From positions 1 through 57,205 of the forward strand of contig JAJRTR010000165.1 of NCBI GenBank assembly GCA_024278215.1: a DNA stretch of 57,205 nt. The letters are read 5' to 3'. How positions within the stretch are numbered: position 1 is the first letter of the stretch; each line of letters begins with the position of its first letter. The position numbers and the translations under genes are program-made. Positions 47,131-55,935 of this stretch are shown here, in pieces. Source of the DNA: a bacterium (GTDB lineage Bacteria > UBP15 > UBA6099 > JAJRTR01). The notes under the pieces are model-generated. The model saw nothing but the letters and a program-made list of their open reading frames with translations, had not been told where the DNA came from and searched no databases.

Positions 47131-49773
47131 ATGTTGATTTCACCTTATGCTTCGCAATTGCAGTGTTTGAGCAATATATACCGGAGCGGAAATAACCTTT
47201 CGAAATCAATTGAAAGGTTATCGACCGGCCTGAGGATCAATACGAGCAAGGATGATCCGACAGGCATAGGTATCAGCCAGACACTGAACGCACAACGTAC
47301 CGGTGCCGCGGTTGCGCTTCATAACGCGCAGGAGGCGCAGGATTTGCTGAATTCCGCTATGGCGGGGTTGAACGAAATAGAAACCCTGGTGATAAAGGGA
47401 AGAGACGTAGTCGTAAGATCATATAACGCCGCGACAATGTCCGTCGCGGACAGGAACTCGATGCAGGCGGAACTCGACGGAATCCTCAAGGGGATTGACG
47501 ACATAGCCGGCAGCACAACATTTAACGGAAAAACCATCCTGGACGGTGGAGATTCCAACAGGACAAAACTGGACAGCCAGGCCGACTGGCAGGCGACGCC
47601 GTTTGCAGATGTTCCCGCAGGCTCGATAGACCTGTTGTCAAGTCCCGGAGATATAAAACTGGATACGGTCGACTGGGTGAGCAGTATCGGAAGCCACTAC
47701 ACACAGGCCGCCGGCGGCGACAATTATATAACAGTCTATCTCGGAGGCGTTTCGCGAGACGGGGTTACAGGATTGCAGACGGCGGATGTATATGTCGAGG
47801 TCAACAGCACGACAAACAGGACTTTCCAGGGCGGCATCACATTCGACGCCTCGACGACAATCAACTCGGTGAGCGCAACGCCGGGGGTGACGCAGGCGGG
47901 AAATACCGTCAACTACAATTTCACCGCCGGCCCGGGCGGAAAACAGACGTTCATTGTTAATATCACCGCACCGGGAAACGCCGACTGGGACCTCTCGATG
48001 AACAGTCCGTCAAATAATCCCGGTGTGTCTCTTTACTTTGACAATACAAAAATATATGGTCCCAAACTCGGCGCGTGGAGTGTTCCGAACAACTATTTCA
48101 CGACAATCGAACCGACCGGCGATTACTATTCGCAGGCAATAGATATGGAAGCGGCAGGCGGCGAAGCGTCTCTTACATGGCAGTCGTCCCAGCCCGGCGG
48201 CACAACACTGAATGTGCGAGTCGAGGAAAGCGCGGACGGGGTCGGTGGCTGGACAGCGCTACCGCTTGTCGAAAGCGGAGAAACATTCACTTATAATCAG
48301 CAATACCTGCGTGCAGTTGTCGAAATGACAAGCGCCGGCATTGCCTTCGGTTCGCCAACGGTGGACTGGGTGGAATTCAATAAAGTCGAGCCGGTGAAAA
48401 TCCAGGCGGGCCCCGACAACAATGAAAGCCAGCGTATCAGCATGACAGCTATAGACGCGCGCGCTTCCGCGCTCGGCATCGCCGGACTAAATATCTTATC
48501 GAATACAAACATAGCCGCCCAGTATGACACGTCGGCGGAGATGCTCGCCGGGTTCACCAATTTAAACAATATCGATATACTCAGCGACCCGGGATATTTT
48601 CAACTTGAATCACCTGTTGCAAACTCGGCCACTATCGACGGAACGGGCCAGAACTGGTTTACCGTCGATTATGTCGTCACAGGTGTGAACACGGACGGCA
48701 CTTATGATATCGAAGTTAACTTGAACACTTATGGCGAGTCGCTCGGCGGAGACGCCGGGCTGTACTACTTCGGGAACTTCCGATTCATGGACGGAGAGGG
48801 CGGTCCGATCGCAATAGATTCAGTCACCCCCATCTCACACGAAGGCAGTGGAAGCTGGGCGGACTCTTATGTCGCGAACGGACCGGTGGGCGCATACACA
48901 GATGTGGACTTCGAGCACAGAACAGCCGGGCTGACCGACGGACTGAAGTTTAATCTCAGTTCGGTCGATCCTGACATCAGATGGGTCAGCGACTTTGATG
49001 TAAGGGGAATAAACGCAGGTGTGCCTTCGGCGAATTACTGGTATGTCGATATATACAACGGCAACACTCAGATAGGGTTCGAACAGGGGTCCGGGGCCGG
49101 GAACATCTCTGTCGACAGGCGGCTCGCGGAGTTCAATATGCCCGGTTCTTTCGAGACGACGGCCATCAAGTTCGGCGAAGATGCGGACGGTTTCCTGACA
49201 GGAGCGACAAATAACCCCGGCGATAGTGTACAGTATCGGATCGAAGAAAGCATGACGGGAGTGGGCGGCTGGGTGAACACTCCGAACCTGCTGGACTACG
49301 GTGACGGAAGCACAACATTTAAAACAGACACGGGCTACGACTACATCCGTGTTCTCGTCCAGGTAAACGGCACGGCCGAAGCTTTCGCACCCGGGGATTT
49401 AGTTACTCCCATGTCGTATACGGAATCGAACTCTCCGCGCATAGACAGCCTGATTATCGGCAGGAACAGCGTTGCGCTGGTGCTCTTTGACAACGCGCTC
49501 GAAAAACTTGCCGATAAGAAACAATCCATCGCAACGGCATATCAGGAAATAAGCAGGCAGGTCGACACACTCAATCAGCAGGTAATATCGGAATCGGCCG
49601 CATTGTCGAGGATCAAAGACGCTGATATGGCGCAGGAGGCGGTTGCGCTGACAAAATCACAGTTGCTGAAATCCGCCGCAGTCGCTTCGCTTCATGATTT
49701 CGGCAACAACAATGCCGGAAAAGCGATGTCGTTGCTGCGGGTGCTCGGCCGCCCCAGCCCGTTCCTGATGTAA
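47131..49773 (+). CDS. fliC: Large (880 aa) flagellin with two big inserts
   Basis: N-terminal SIERLSTGLRIN...DDP.G and TTFNGKTILDG; C-terminal SRIKDADMAQEA..LTKSQ. Confidence 0.88.
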   Translation: MLISPYASQLQCLSNIYRSGNNLSKSIERLSTGLRINTSKDDPTGIGISQTLNAQRTGAAVALHNAQEAQDLLNSAMAGLNEIETLVIKGRDVVVRSYNAATMSVADRNSMQAELDGILKGIDDIAGSTTFNGKTILDGGDSNRTKLDSQADWQATPFADVPAGSIDLLSSPGDIKLDTVDWVSSIGSHYTQAAGGDNYITVYLGGVSRDGVTGLQTADVYVEVNSTTNRTFQGGITFDASTTINSVSATPGVTQAGNTVNYNFTAGPGGKQTFIVNITAPGNADWDLSMNSPSNNPGVSLYFDNTKIYGPKLGAWSVPNNYFTTIEPTGDYYSQAIDMEAAGGEASLTWQSSQPGGTTLNVRVEESADGVGGWTALPLVESGETFTYNQQYLRAVVEMTSAGIAFGSPTVDWVEFNKVEPVKIQAGPDNNESQRISMTAIDARASALGIAGLNILSNTNIAAQYDTSAEMLAGFTNLNNIDILSDPGYFQLESPVANSATIDGTGQNWFTVDYVVTGVNTDGTYDIEVNLNTYGESLGGDAGLYYFGNFRFMDGEGGPIAIDSVTPISHEGSGSWADSYVANGPVGAYTDVDFEHRTAGLTDGLKFNLSSVDPDIRWVSDFDVRGINAGVPSANYWYVDIYNGNTQIGFEQGSGAGNISVDRRLAEFNMPGSFETTAIKFGEDADGFLTGATNNPGDSVQYRIEESMTGVGGWVNTPNLLDYGDGSTTFKTDTGYDYIRVLVQVNGTAEAFAPGDLVTPMSYTESNSPRIDSLIIGRNSVALVLFDNALEKLADKKQSIATAYQEISRQVDTLNQQVISESAALSRIKDADMAQEAVALTKSQLLKSAAVASLHDFGNNNAGKAMSLLRVLGRPSPFLM

Positions 49774-49788
49774 TTCTTCAATATATCC

Positions 49789-49821
49789 CTAACCCGGCAA
49801 AGCCGGAACCAAACAGGCCGC
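49789..49821 (+). repeat. 33-bp repeat family C
   Basis: CTAACCCGGCAAAGCCGGAACCAAACAGGCCGC; 30 of 33 identical to 53974-54006, with a partial copy at 563. Confidence 0.7.
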
Positions 49822-49992
49822 ATTCTTGTGCTCAAACAAATGCGGTTTGAGCACAGCACACAGAGTTTCATCGTTCCAAAGGTCTACCTTGGAAACGACT
49901 GTAACTGGAAGCTCCAGCTTTCACCGATCTCTTTTCAGCATTTCTTTACCATCCTGCGTAGCATTTCAGTCGTAAGATACCGTATTATTATT

Positions 49993-50049
49993 GAGGCGAT
50001 TGAACAATTTCGTTCGGTCTCGCCTCGAACATAATTTTGCAATTGACTC
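49993..50049 (+). mobile_element. MITE family A, copy 8 (internally deleted, 57 bp)
   Basis: GAGGCGATTG fused to the right half, ending AATTTTGCAATTGACTC; direct repeat TATT on both sides. Confidence 0.75.
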
Positions 50050-50060
50050 TATTGTGTAAT

Positions 50061-50912
50061 TCAGTCGAGCTCGGACGAATGCGTGACATCCGTCGGTGTG
50101 AGCGCGTGGCCGGTTACAGCGGAATTCGCGATGGGTTTCATTCCTCTTATGTCTTCGAGATAGACCCATCTTTTTCTCTGCCTGTATATTTGCGATATGT
50201 CAACTTCGATAATATGGATACATTCATCTTTATCGAGCGCGACTGTGTTTATGCCGTCGGGCCCTGCGGCGAGTGATTCTCCCATGACCTTTCTGCCGTC
50301 GGCATATTCCGTGTTCGTGTTGTTGACGAAGATAGTGTGAATGGTGTTTTCCGCCGCGCGTGTGCGGACAAGCGAATGCCATAGTTCGATGCGCGCCTCC
50401 GGAATATTCGACGGGTTGAGCACGACTTCCGCTCCGTCCAGCGCCATCGCCCTGATGATCTCCGGATAGAACATATCGACGCATATTGCGACACCGATCT
50501 TTACACCGGCGATTTCAAAAAGCTGCAACTTGTTTCCGCCTCTGCAATACTGCCGCTCGCCGACGGCGCCGGACGGAAATATCTTCTGTTGCCGACCGGC
50601 AACAACGCCGTCGCTGCCGACCAGGTGGCACACATCCGCCGGCCACCCGTCTTCCCTGATAAAGAGTCCGCCTGTGATTATCGACATCCCGTTTTCTTTC
50701 GCGACGGCGCTGATGTCGTCGAGCAGGGTGGACAATTCGTTTTCCTCGATGATCACCGCCCCCATCCACACTTCAGGCATGCAAACTACGTCGACATTCC
50801 TGATGCCGGAAAGCATTTCGAGCGCGCGCTCTCTGTTCCTCGCGCTGTTAAAACGGTCGCGCGAAAACTGCACCATCGCCACTTTCAGTATCTTATCCGC
50901 AATTTGATTCAT
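50061..50912 (-). CDS. Carbon-nitrogen hydrolase (nitrilase superfamily)
   Basis: Glu-Lys-Cys triad in MPEVW, QKIF and ICVDMFYPE; RAAEN. Confidence 0.9.
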   Translation of the reverse strand: MNQIADKILKVAMVQFSRDRFNSARNRERALEMLSGIRNVDVVCMPEVWMGAVIIEENELSTLLDDISAVAKENGMSIITGGLFIREDGWPADVCHLVGSDGVVAGRQQKIFPSGAVGERQYCRGGNKLQLFEIAGVKIGVAICVDMFYPEIIRAMALDGAEVVLNPSNIPEARIELWHSLVRTRAAENTIHTIFVNNTNTEYADGRKVMGESLAAGPDGINTVALDKDECIHIIEVDISQIYRQRKRWVYLEDIRGMKPIANSAVTGHALTPTDVTHSSELD

Positions 50913-51670
50913 TTCGCGGCTTCCCTGTTTCTTCCGGCAACCTCGCCGATTATGTCGACCACACCGTCGCCGAACTCCAGCCGTGAAACATAATCCGCAA
51001 CCTCTTTGACTTCATCCACGGCATTCGCCGGGCAGGCGGCGAAGCCCGATGCCGTAAGTGATTGTACGTCGCCGTGCGAGTCGCCCACCGCGCCTATCTC
51101 TTCGGTGGCTATGCCCACCACTTCCGCCAGCCACCGGATACCCGCTCCCTTGTCGATTCCGGGAAAAAGGATATTGACGCACATAACTGATACGTCGAGA
51201 AAAAAGTCCATACTTTCACGCCCGATTATTTCGTTAAGCTGATCTATATTATCCGCAACAGTGGACTCACCCGCCGGGTACACGCTCAGGGAAACTTCCT
51301 TGCCCGGCTGAAGTTTAGCCTTGCCGGGCGCAACAAGTTCTGTTCGGATCAGGTCCTTCAGCCTGGAGAGAGAAGCCGTCTGTTCGCGAGTGATCGCAGG
51401 ATGGAATAGGAAATCATACTCACGCGGAAGATATAGCCCCGCGCCGTTTTCGAAAATCACGGGATATGTGATGCCGGTCATCTGGGCCATCAGGTCGACA
51501 TAAGGCTGCTGACGGCCTGTACACAGCGTAATATGTGGAACATTGGTGTCGGAGTCCGCGCGTGAATTCGCGTCGCGAATTGCCTTGAGAACATCGAGAT
51601 CAGCAGGATGTCCTTCGCCGGGCGCGATACAACCGTCGATATCCAGAGCGAGTATCCTGATTTTTTTCAT
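50909..51670 (-). CDS. HAD-superfamily (Cof-type) phosphatase
   Basis: LDIDGCI, CTGR, FENGA, DKG, VGDSHGD, PANA. Confidence 0.9.
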   Translation of the reverse strand: MKKIRILALDIDGCIAPGEGHPADLDVLKAIRDANSRADSDTNVPHITLCTGRQQPYVDLMAQMTGITYPVIFENGAGLYLPREYDFLFHPAITREQTASLSRLKDLIRTELVAPGKAKLQPGKEVSLSVYPAGESTVADNIDQLNEIIGRESMDFFLDVSVMCVNILFPGIDKGAGIRWLAEVVGIATEEIGAVGDSHGDVQSLTASGFAACPANAVDEVKEVADYVSRLEFGDGVVDIIGEVAGRNREAAK

Positions 51671-51777
51671 GGTCTTCTCCTGTTTCCATGAGCTTGATAA
51701 ACTCTGGAAATGGTTGATATGACAAACTTGTGATATAATAACATCCAGACTTTCTGGGGTCAAAAAATGAGGTCCAC

Positions 51778-52080
51778 ATGCCAAAAATCACGATGAAAAA
51801 AGGTGAAAACGATTTCATCGGCGGGATCGTTTTTCATAAAAGAGTTGTTTCGTTGCTGGAGGATTCTCCTGAAGATGAAATGCTCACAATAGACTTAAGC
51901 AATCTCTATCTCGACTCGTCGGTTATCGGCACTTTGCTGGCGATACATACATCGTGCAACAAGAAAAACCGCGAGCTTGTCATCGAGAATGTCTCGGACG
52001 CTACAATGCGAGTACTTAGTGCGACCGGCTTGCAGTGTGTTTTGAATATTCCGGGAAAAGACACGGAGGCCGGTAAGTGA
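51778..52080 (+). CDS. STAS-domain anti-sigma-factor antagonist
   Basis: IDLSNLYLDSSVIGTLL...RVLSATGL. Confidence 0.85.
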   Translation: MPKITMKKGENDFIGGIVFHKRVVSLLEDSPEDEMLTIDLSNLYLDSSVIGTLLAIHTSCNKKNRELVIENVSDATMRVLSATGLQCVLNIPGKDTEAGK

Positions 52081-53165
52081 GGGGAAGAAGTATTCGCAGT
52101 ATCCTGACAGCCTGCTTTATTCTGCTCCTGTTTTTCATCGTACTTTCGGCAACTTCATGCAGCAATGATGCCGGCGAGCCTTCCACCGCCGCAACCTCCG
52201 AAAACGCAGACTCCGCAAAGGAACCGGTTCCCGCCGGGAAAAGGTTGCTGCGTATCTACTCCGCGCTAGACCCCAACGAATCGAAAATCTATTTCAAAGA
52301 ATACGAAAGACTCACCGGTGTGCACATCCAGTGGGTGCGCATGTCGTCCGGCGCGATACTCGCACGCGCGGAGGCTGAAAAGGACAATCCGTCGATGGGT
52401 CTGTGGTTCGGCGGCTCCTCGACGGACTTTATCGCCGCCGGCGAAAAAAATCTGCTCGATCCTTATAAACCCAACATCGATTTTGAACTCCCCGCACAGG
52501 GTCACGATCCGCAGTGGCGTTGGACCGGCTTCTATTTCGGCGCTATAGGATTTGCCGTGAACACCGAGCGGCTCAAACGCATCGGCGCGCAGCCGCCGCA
52601 CTCGTGGCAGGACCTCCTCAAGCCGGTATTCAAGGGCGAGATCGGTGTCGCATATCCATATACTTCGGGGACTTCCTACACCGCGCTGTCCACGATAATC
52701 CAGTTGATGGGCGAGGATAAAGGATTCGAGTACATCGCCGCGCTCGACAAGAACATTCACCACTACAATAAGTCCGGCTCCGCATGTGTGACGCAGGTCG
52801 GACTCGGCGAAATCACAGTGGGGATCGCCTTCTCACACGATGTGCTCAAGAAAGGCCCGTCGCGCGGCTACCCTGTCATACTCACATTCCCCGAAGAGGG
52901 CACAGGCTACGAGATCGGCGCGCTCGCTCTCATCAAAAACGGCCCGGACAGGGAGGAAGCGCGGAAATTCTTCGACTGGGTGCTGTCCGCAAAAGCGCAG
53001 TCGCTCATGAAACAGTGGTTCCGCATACCTCTAAACCCCAACGCCGAAGTCGCCGACGGTGCCATCACGGCTGATTCTCTCAACCTGATAGATGACGATG
53101 TAGTCTGGGCCGGAAAAAACAAGCGCCGCCTCGTCGAACGCTGGCGCCTCGTCACCGCAAGGTAA
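52077..53165 (+). CDS. ABC substrate-binding lipoprotein (Fe3+/AfuA-like)
   Basis: Lipobox ATSC, WVRMSSG, PHSWQDLL.P, P.TSGT, PEEGTGYE. Confidence 0.88.
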   Translation: MRGRSIRSILTACFILLLFFIVLSATSCSNDAGEPSTAATSENADSAKEPVPAGKRLLRIYSALDPNESKIYFKEYERLTGVHIQWVRMSSGAILARAEAEKDNPSMGLWFGGSSTDFIAAGEKNLLDPYKPNIDFELPAQGHDPQWRWTGFYFGAIGFAVNTERLKRIGAQPPHSWQDLLKPVFKGEIGVAYPYTSGTSYTALSTIIQLMGEDKGFEYIAALDKNIHHYNKSGSACVTQVGLGEITVGIAFSHDVLKKGPSRGYPVILTFPEEGTGYEIGALALIKNGPDREEARKFFDWVLSAKAQSLMKQWFRIPLNPNAEVADGAITADSLNLIDDDVVWAGKNKRRLVERWRLVTAR

Positions 53166-53218
53166 ACACTATTCGCCCTCCCGGTCAACCAAATTATCCC
53201 GTGCCCGTATCTTCAATG

Positions 53219-53256
53219 TTGACATCAACAGGATTGATGCTATCATAATGATAGCA
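53219..53256 (+). promoter_or_regulatory. Toxin-antitoxin promoter with RHH operator palindrome
   Basis: TTGACA at 53219; TGCTATCA-TAA-TGATAGCA at 53238-53256 overlaps the -10 region. Confidence 0.75.
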
Positions 53257-53281
53257 CCGCTTTGTTTTGGAGGTGGAAAGC

Positions 53282-53521
53282 ATGGCACAGATACTTGTTC
53301 GCGACCTGGACGATAAAGTAGTCCGTAGACTGAAGGAGCGTGCCCGTAAAGACGGGAGGTCTCTACAGGCGGAAGTGAAGAGAATACTTGAGAAGGAAGC
53401 GAACTTGATGCAGTTGGATATCGAGTCTGCCCGGAAACACATTTCTGATATTCGACGTAGGTTCGAGGGCCGGGATTTTCCGGATAGTGTCGAGCTTATC
53501 CGTGAGGGTCGCGATAGATGA
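53282..53521 (+). CDS. FitA-like ribbon-helix-helix antitoxin
   Basis: MAQILVRDLDD.V..RLKERA...GRSLQAEV..IL; overlaps the PIN gene. Confidence 0.9.
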   Translation: MAQILVRDLDDKVVRRLKERARKDGRSLQAEVKRILEKEANLMQLDIESARKHISDIRRRFEGRDFPDSVELIREGRDR

Positions 53522-53943
53522 TTCTTGTTGTTGATGCAAGTGTCGCCGCAAAGTGGTTTGCTGATGAGCAACTTGCCGGCGAAGCGCTTTCAATCCTTGC
53601 GCCTTTCAATCAGTTGCATGCGCCTGATTTTCTTTTTCTGGAAATTGACAGCATCATAAGCAAATGGATTCGGCGCGGTATTATTACGGAAGCAGAAGGT
53701 AATGATACCAGAGCGGCGATCAGGCAGGTTCCAATAATAACATATCATTTTGAGAGCTATCAGGATTCAGCATATTATATAGCCGTAAAGACGCACAGGA
53801 GTGTTTATGACTGCCTGTATATTGCGCTGGCAGCTTTCCTCGGTGGGCAGATGGTGACAGCCGACCGCCGGTTATACAACGGATTGTCCGGTGGCCCTTT
53901 CGGGCGGAATATCGTCTGGCTTGAAGATGTCGGAAATGTGTAG
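53518..53943 (+). CDS. vapC: VapC/PIN-domain toxin
   Basis: VVDASVAAKW, APD...E, SVYDCLYIALA, VTADRRL. Confidence 0.92.
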   Translation: MILVVDASVAAKWFADEQLAGEALSILAPFNQLHAPDFLFLEIDSIISKWIRRGIITEAEGNDTRAAIRQVPIITYHFESYQDSAYYIAVKTHRSVYDCLYIALAAFLGGQMVTADRRLYNGLSGGPFGRNIVWLEDVGNV

Positions 53944-53973
53944 AATACGTTAAATGGCGTCTGGACGAAAACA

Positions 53974-54006
53974 CTAAACCGGCAGAGCCGGAACCAGACA
54001 GGCCGC
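53974..54006 (+). repeat. 33-bp repeat family C
   Basis: CTAAACCGGCAGAGCCGGAACCAGACAGGCCGC. Confidence 0.7.
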
Positions 54007-54053
54007 TACATGTCAGGGACAAGCACAAAGAAAGCACTATATGGAAACACTAT

Positions 54054-55061
54054 ATGATGAAAAGTAAGTCCTTGTTGATAATTTTCATTCTGGCTATTGA
54101 CGTACTCGTGTTTTCCGGCTGCGCCGGAGCGCCGGGAAAGTTCGCGCGCACCCGCGAGCAGATGGGCACGTTCGTAACGATCACCCTGTATAGTTCGAGC
54201 GGGCGCAGGGCCGACGCGGCTATAGATGCGGCATTCGCGGAGATCGAACACGTCGAGTCGGTCATGAGCAGCTATCGCAAAGATTCCGAACTTAATAAAT
54301 TGAACGCAGCCGGAGCGGACGGCTTCGCGGCTTCGGATGAGTTGTTTGAGATTATAGAAAAATCGCTCGAAATATCGGAATTGACTGAAGGTGCGTTTGA
54401 CATAACGGTCGGGCCGCTTGTCGCCGAATGGCTAATCGCAAAAAATGAAAACCGCGCGCCGGACGCGGTGGCCCTCGCTGAAGCCGAAAAGCGTGTGGGT
54501 TATAAAAAGGTAATGCTCGACCACAAAACGAAAACCGTGAGATTCGCCGAACCCGGCATGAGGATCGACCTCGGGGCCGTCGCGAAAGGTTATGCCGTGG
54601 ACCGCGCGATGGAAGCGCTTATGGGGAAAGGGATCGAGTCGGCGCTGGTCGACGCGGGCGGCGATGTGCTCGCAAAGGGCAAAAAGCCCGATGGCCGATT
54701 ATGGACTATCGGCATCCAGGACCCACGCGCGAAATCACTGGAGTCGACTATTCTGAATGTTGAAAACATGTCGGTGACGACATCCGGCGATTACCAGCGT
54801 TACATCGAATCGGGCGGCAGGCGATATTCACACATATTCGATCCGCGCACAGGGAAAAGCTCGGATTGCGTGAGCGCGACAACCATCGCACCGACCGCCA
54901 TGCGCGCGGATGCGCTGTCCACCGCGTTCTGTGTGCTCGGCCCCGAAAAGGGGATCGAAGTCGCGGAGAGCCTGAACGGCATCGAAGCGTTCATTATTGA
55001 TGTCGACGGTAAAACGTATTCTACAACAGGTTTCAGCATTTTCGTGGTTCCTGAAGAATAA
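54054..55061 (+). CDS. apbE: FAD:protein FMN transferase ApbE (lipoprotein)
   Basis: MGT, DSEL..LN, GAFDITVGPL, DLGAVAKGYAVD, TSGDYQRY, HIFDPRTG, ADALSTA. Confidence 0.95.
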   Translation: MMKSKSLLIIFILAIDVLVFSGCAGAPGKFARTREQMGTFVTITLYSSSGRRADAAIDAAFAEIEHVESVMSSYRKDSELNKLNAAGADGFAASDELFEIIEKSLEISELTEGAFDITVGPLVAEWLIAKNENRAPDAVALAEAEKRVGYKKVMLDHKTKTVRFAEPGMRIDLGAVAKGYAVDRAMEALMGKGIESALVDAGGDVLAKGKKPDGRLWTIGIQDPRAKSLESTILNVENMSVTTSGDYQRYIESGGRRYSHIFDPRTGKSSDCVSATTIAPTAMRADALSTAFCVLGPEKGIEVAESLNGIEAFIIDVDGKTYSTTGFSIFVVPEE

Positions 55062-55066
55062 CATAA

Positions 55067-55873
55067 CTATTCCTCGAAAAAACCCATAACCGTATCCGCA
55101 AAATATTCCGGCATCTCCGACGATACATTATGACCGGCTTTCGGAACTTCTATAAGGCGCGAATCAGGTAGAATGCCGTCGAGCTCGCGGCCCTGCTTCA
55201 CAGGCATCCCGAAGTCGTGCCTGCCCCAGAGCAGAAGGACTGGCGTCTGTATCTCTTTGTATAGTTCCCTGTGGTCGCGCTCGAAGACCGACTTGAGACA
55301 GCCCATCACATGCCTGCCGTATCCGCGCAGGTCGCAGTTGTTGACGTATTCGAGCGCTTTACGGCGCACTTCGATATAATCAGGGTAAAAAGGAGAGTTC
55401 CAGAAAAGTGAAGTAATGTGCATCAGTATCTTGACCGATTCGGGAGGCAGCGCACCGAAGAAACCGGCAAGAAATGGTTTCGCGGGCCACACGCCCGATG
55501 GTGAATATACTGCGCATTTCTTTATTCGGTCCGGTGCGGCCCGGCAACAGAGCAGCGACTGCATGCCACCCTGCGAACCGCCGCAAACATAAAAATCTTC
55601 TATGCCCAGCCGCGACGCGAAATCAAGACTGAAGTCTACAAGATAATCAATGCTGTACTCGATGTCCGGCATCTCCGAGGAACCCGTGCCGGGGCAATCC
55701 ATCGCCACAATACGATACCTGCCGGTGAAATATTTGTAACAATTGCTGTTGTCCTCTATCCTGCCGCCCAGACCGTGAAGGAAAAGTATCACCTCGCCTT
55801 CGCCCTCGTCTATATACCTTATTTCCCACCCGTCGTAATCAAACCATTTCTCTTCGAATTCGGTTTTAATCAT
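55067..55873 (-). CDS. Alpha/beta hydrolase
   Basis: FLHGLGG, GGSQGG nucleophile elbow, WGRHD, AGH. Confidence 0.9.
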   Translation of the reverse strand: MIKTEFEEKWFDYDGWEIRYIDEGEGEVILFLHGLGGRIEDNSNCYKYFTGRYRIVAMDCPGTGSSEMPDIEYSIDYLVDFSLDFASRLGIEDFYVCGGSQGGMQSLLCCRAAPDRIKKCAVYSPSGVWPAKPFLAGFFGALPPESVKILMHITSLFWNSPFYPDYIEVRRKALEYVNNCDLRGYGRHVMGCLKSVFERDHRELYKEIQTPVLLLWGRHDFGMPVKQGRELDGILPDSRLIEVPKAGHNVSSEMPEYFADTVMGFFEE

Positions 55874-55935
55874 AATTTAATGCGCCGCCCGGAATATATT
55901 TATCTTTACAGTAACGGATCAGCAACGGAATAGAA

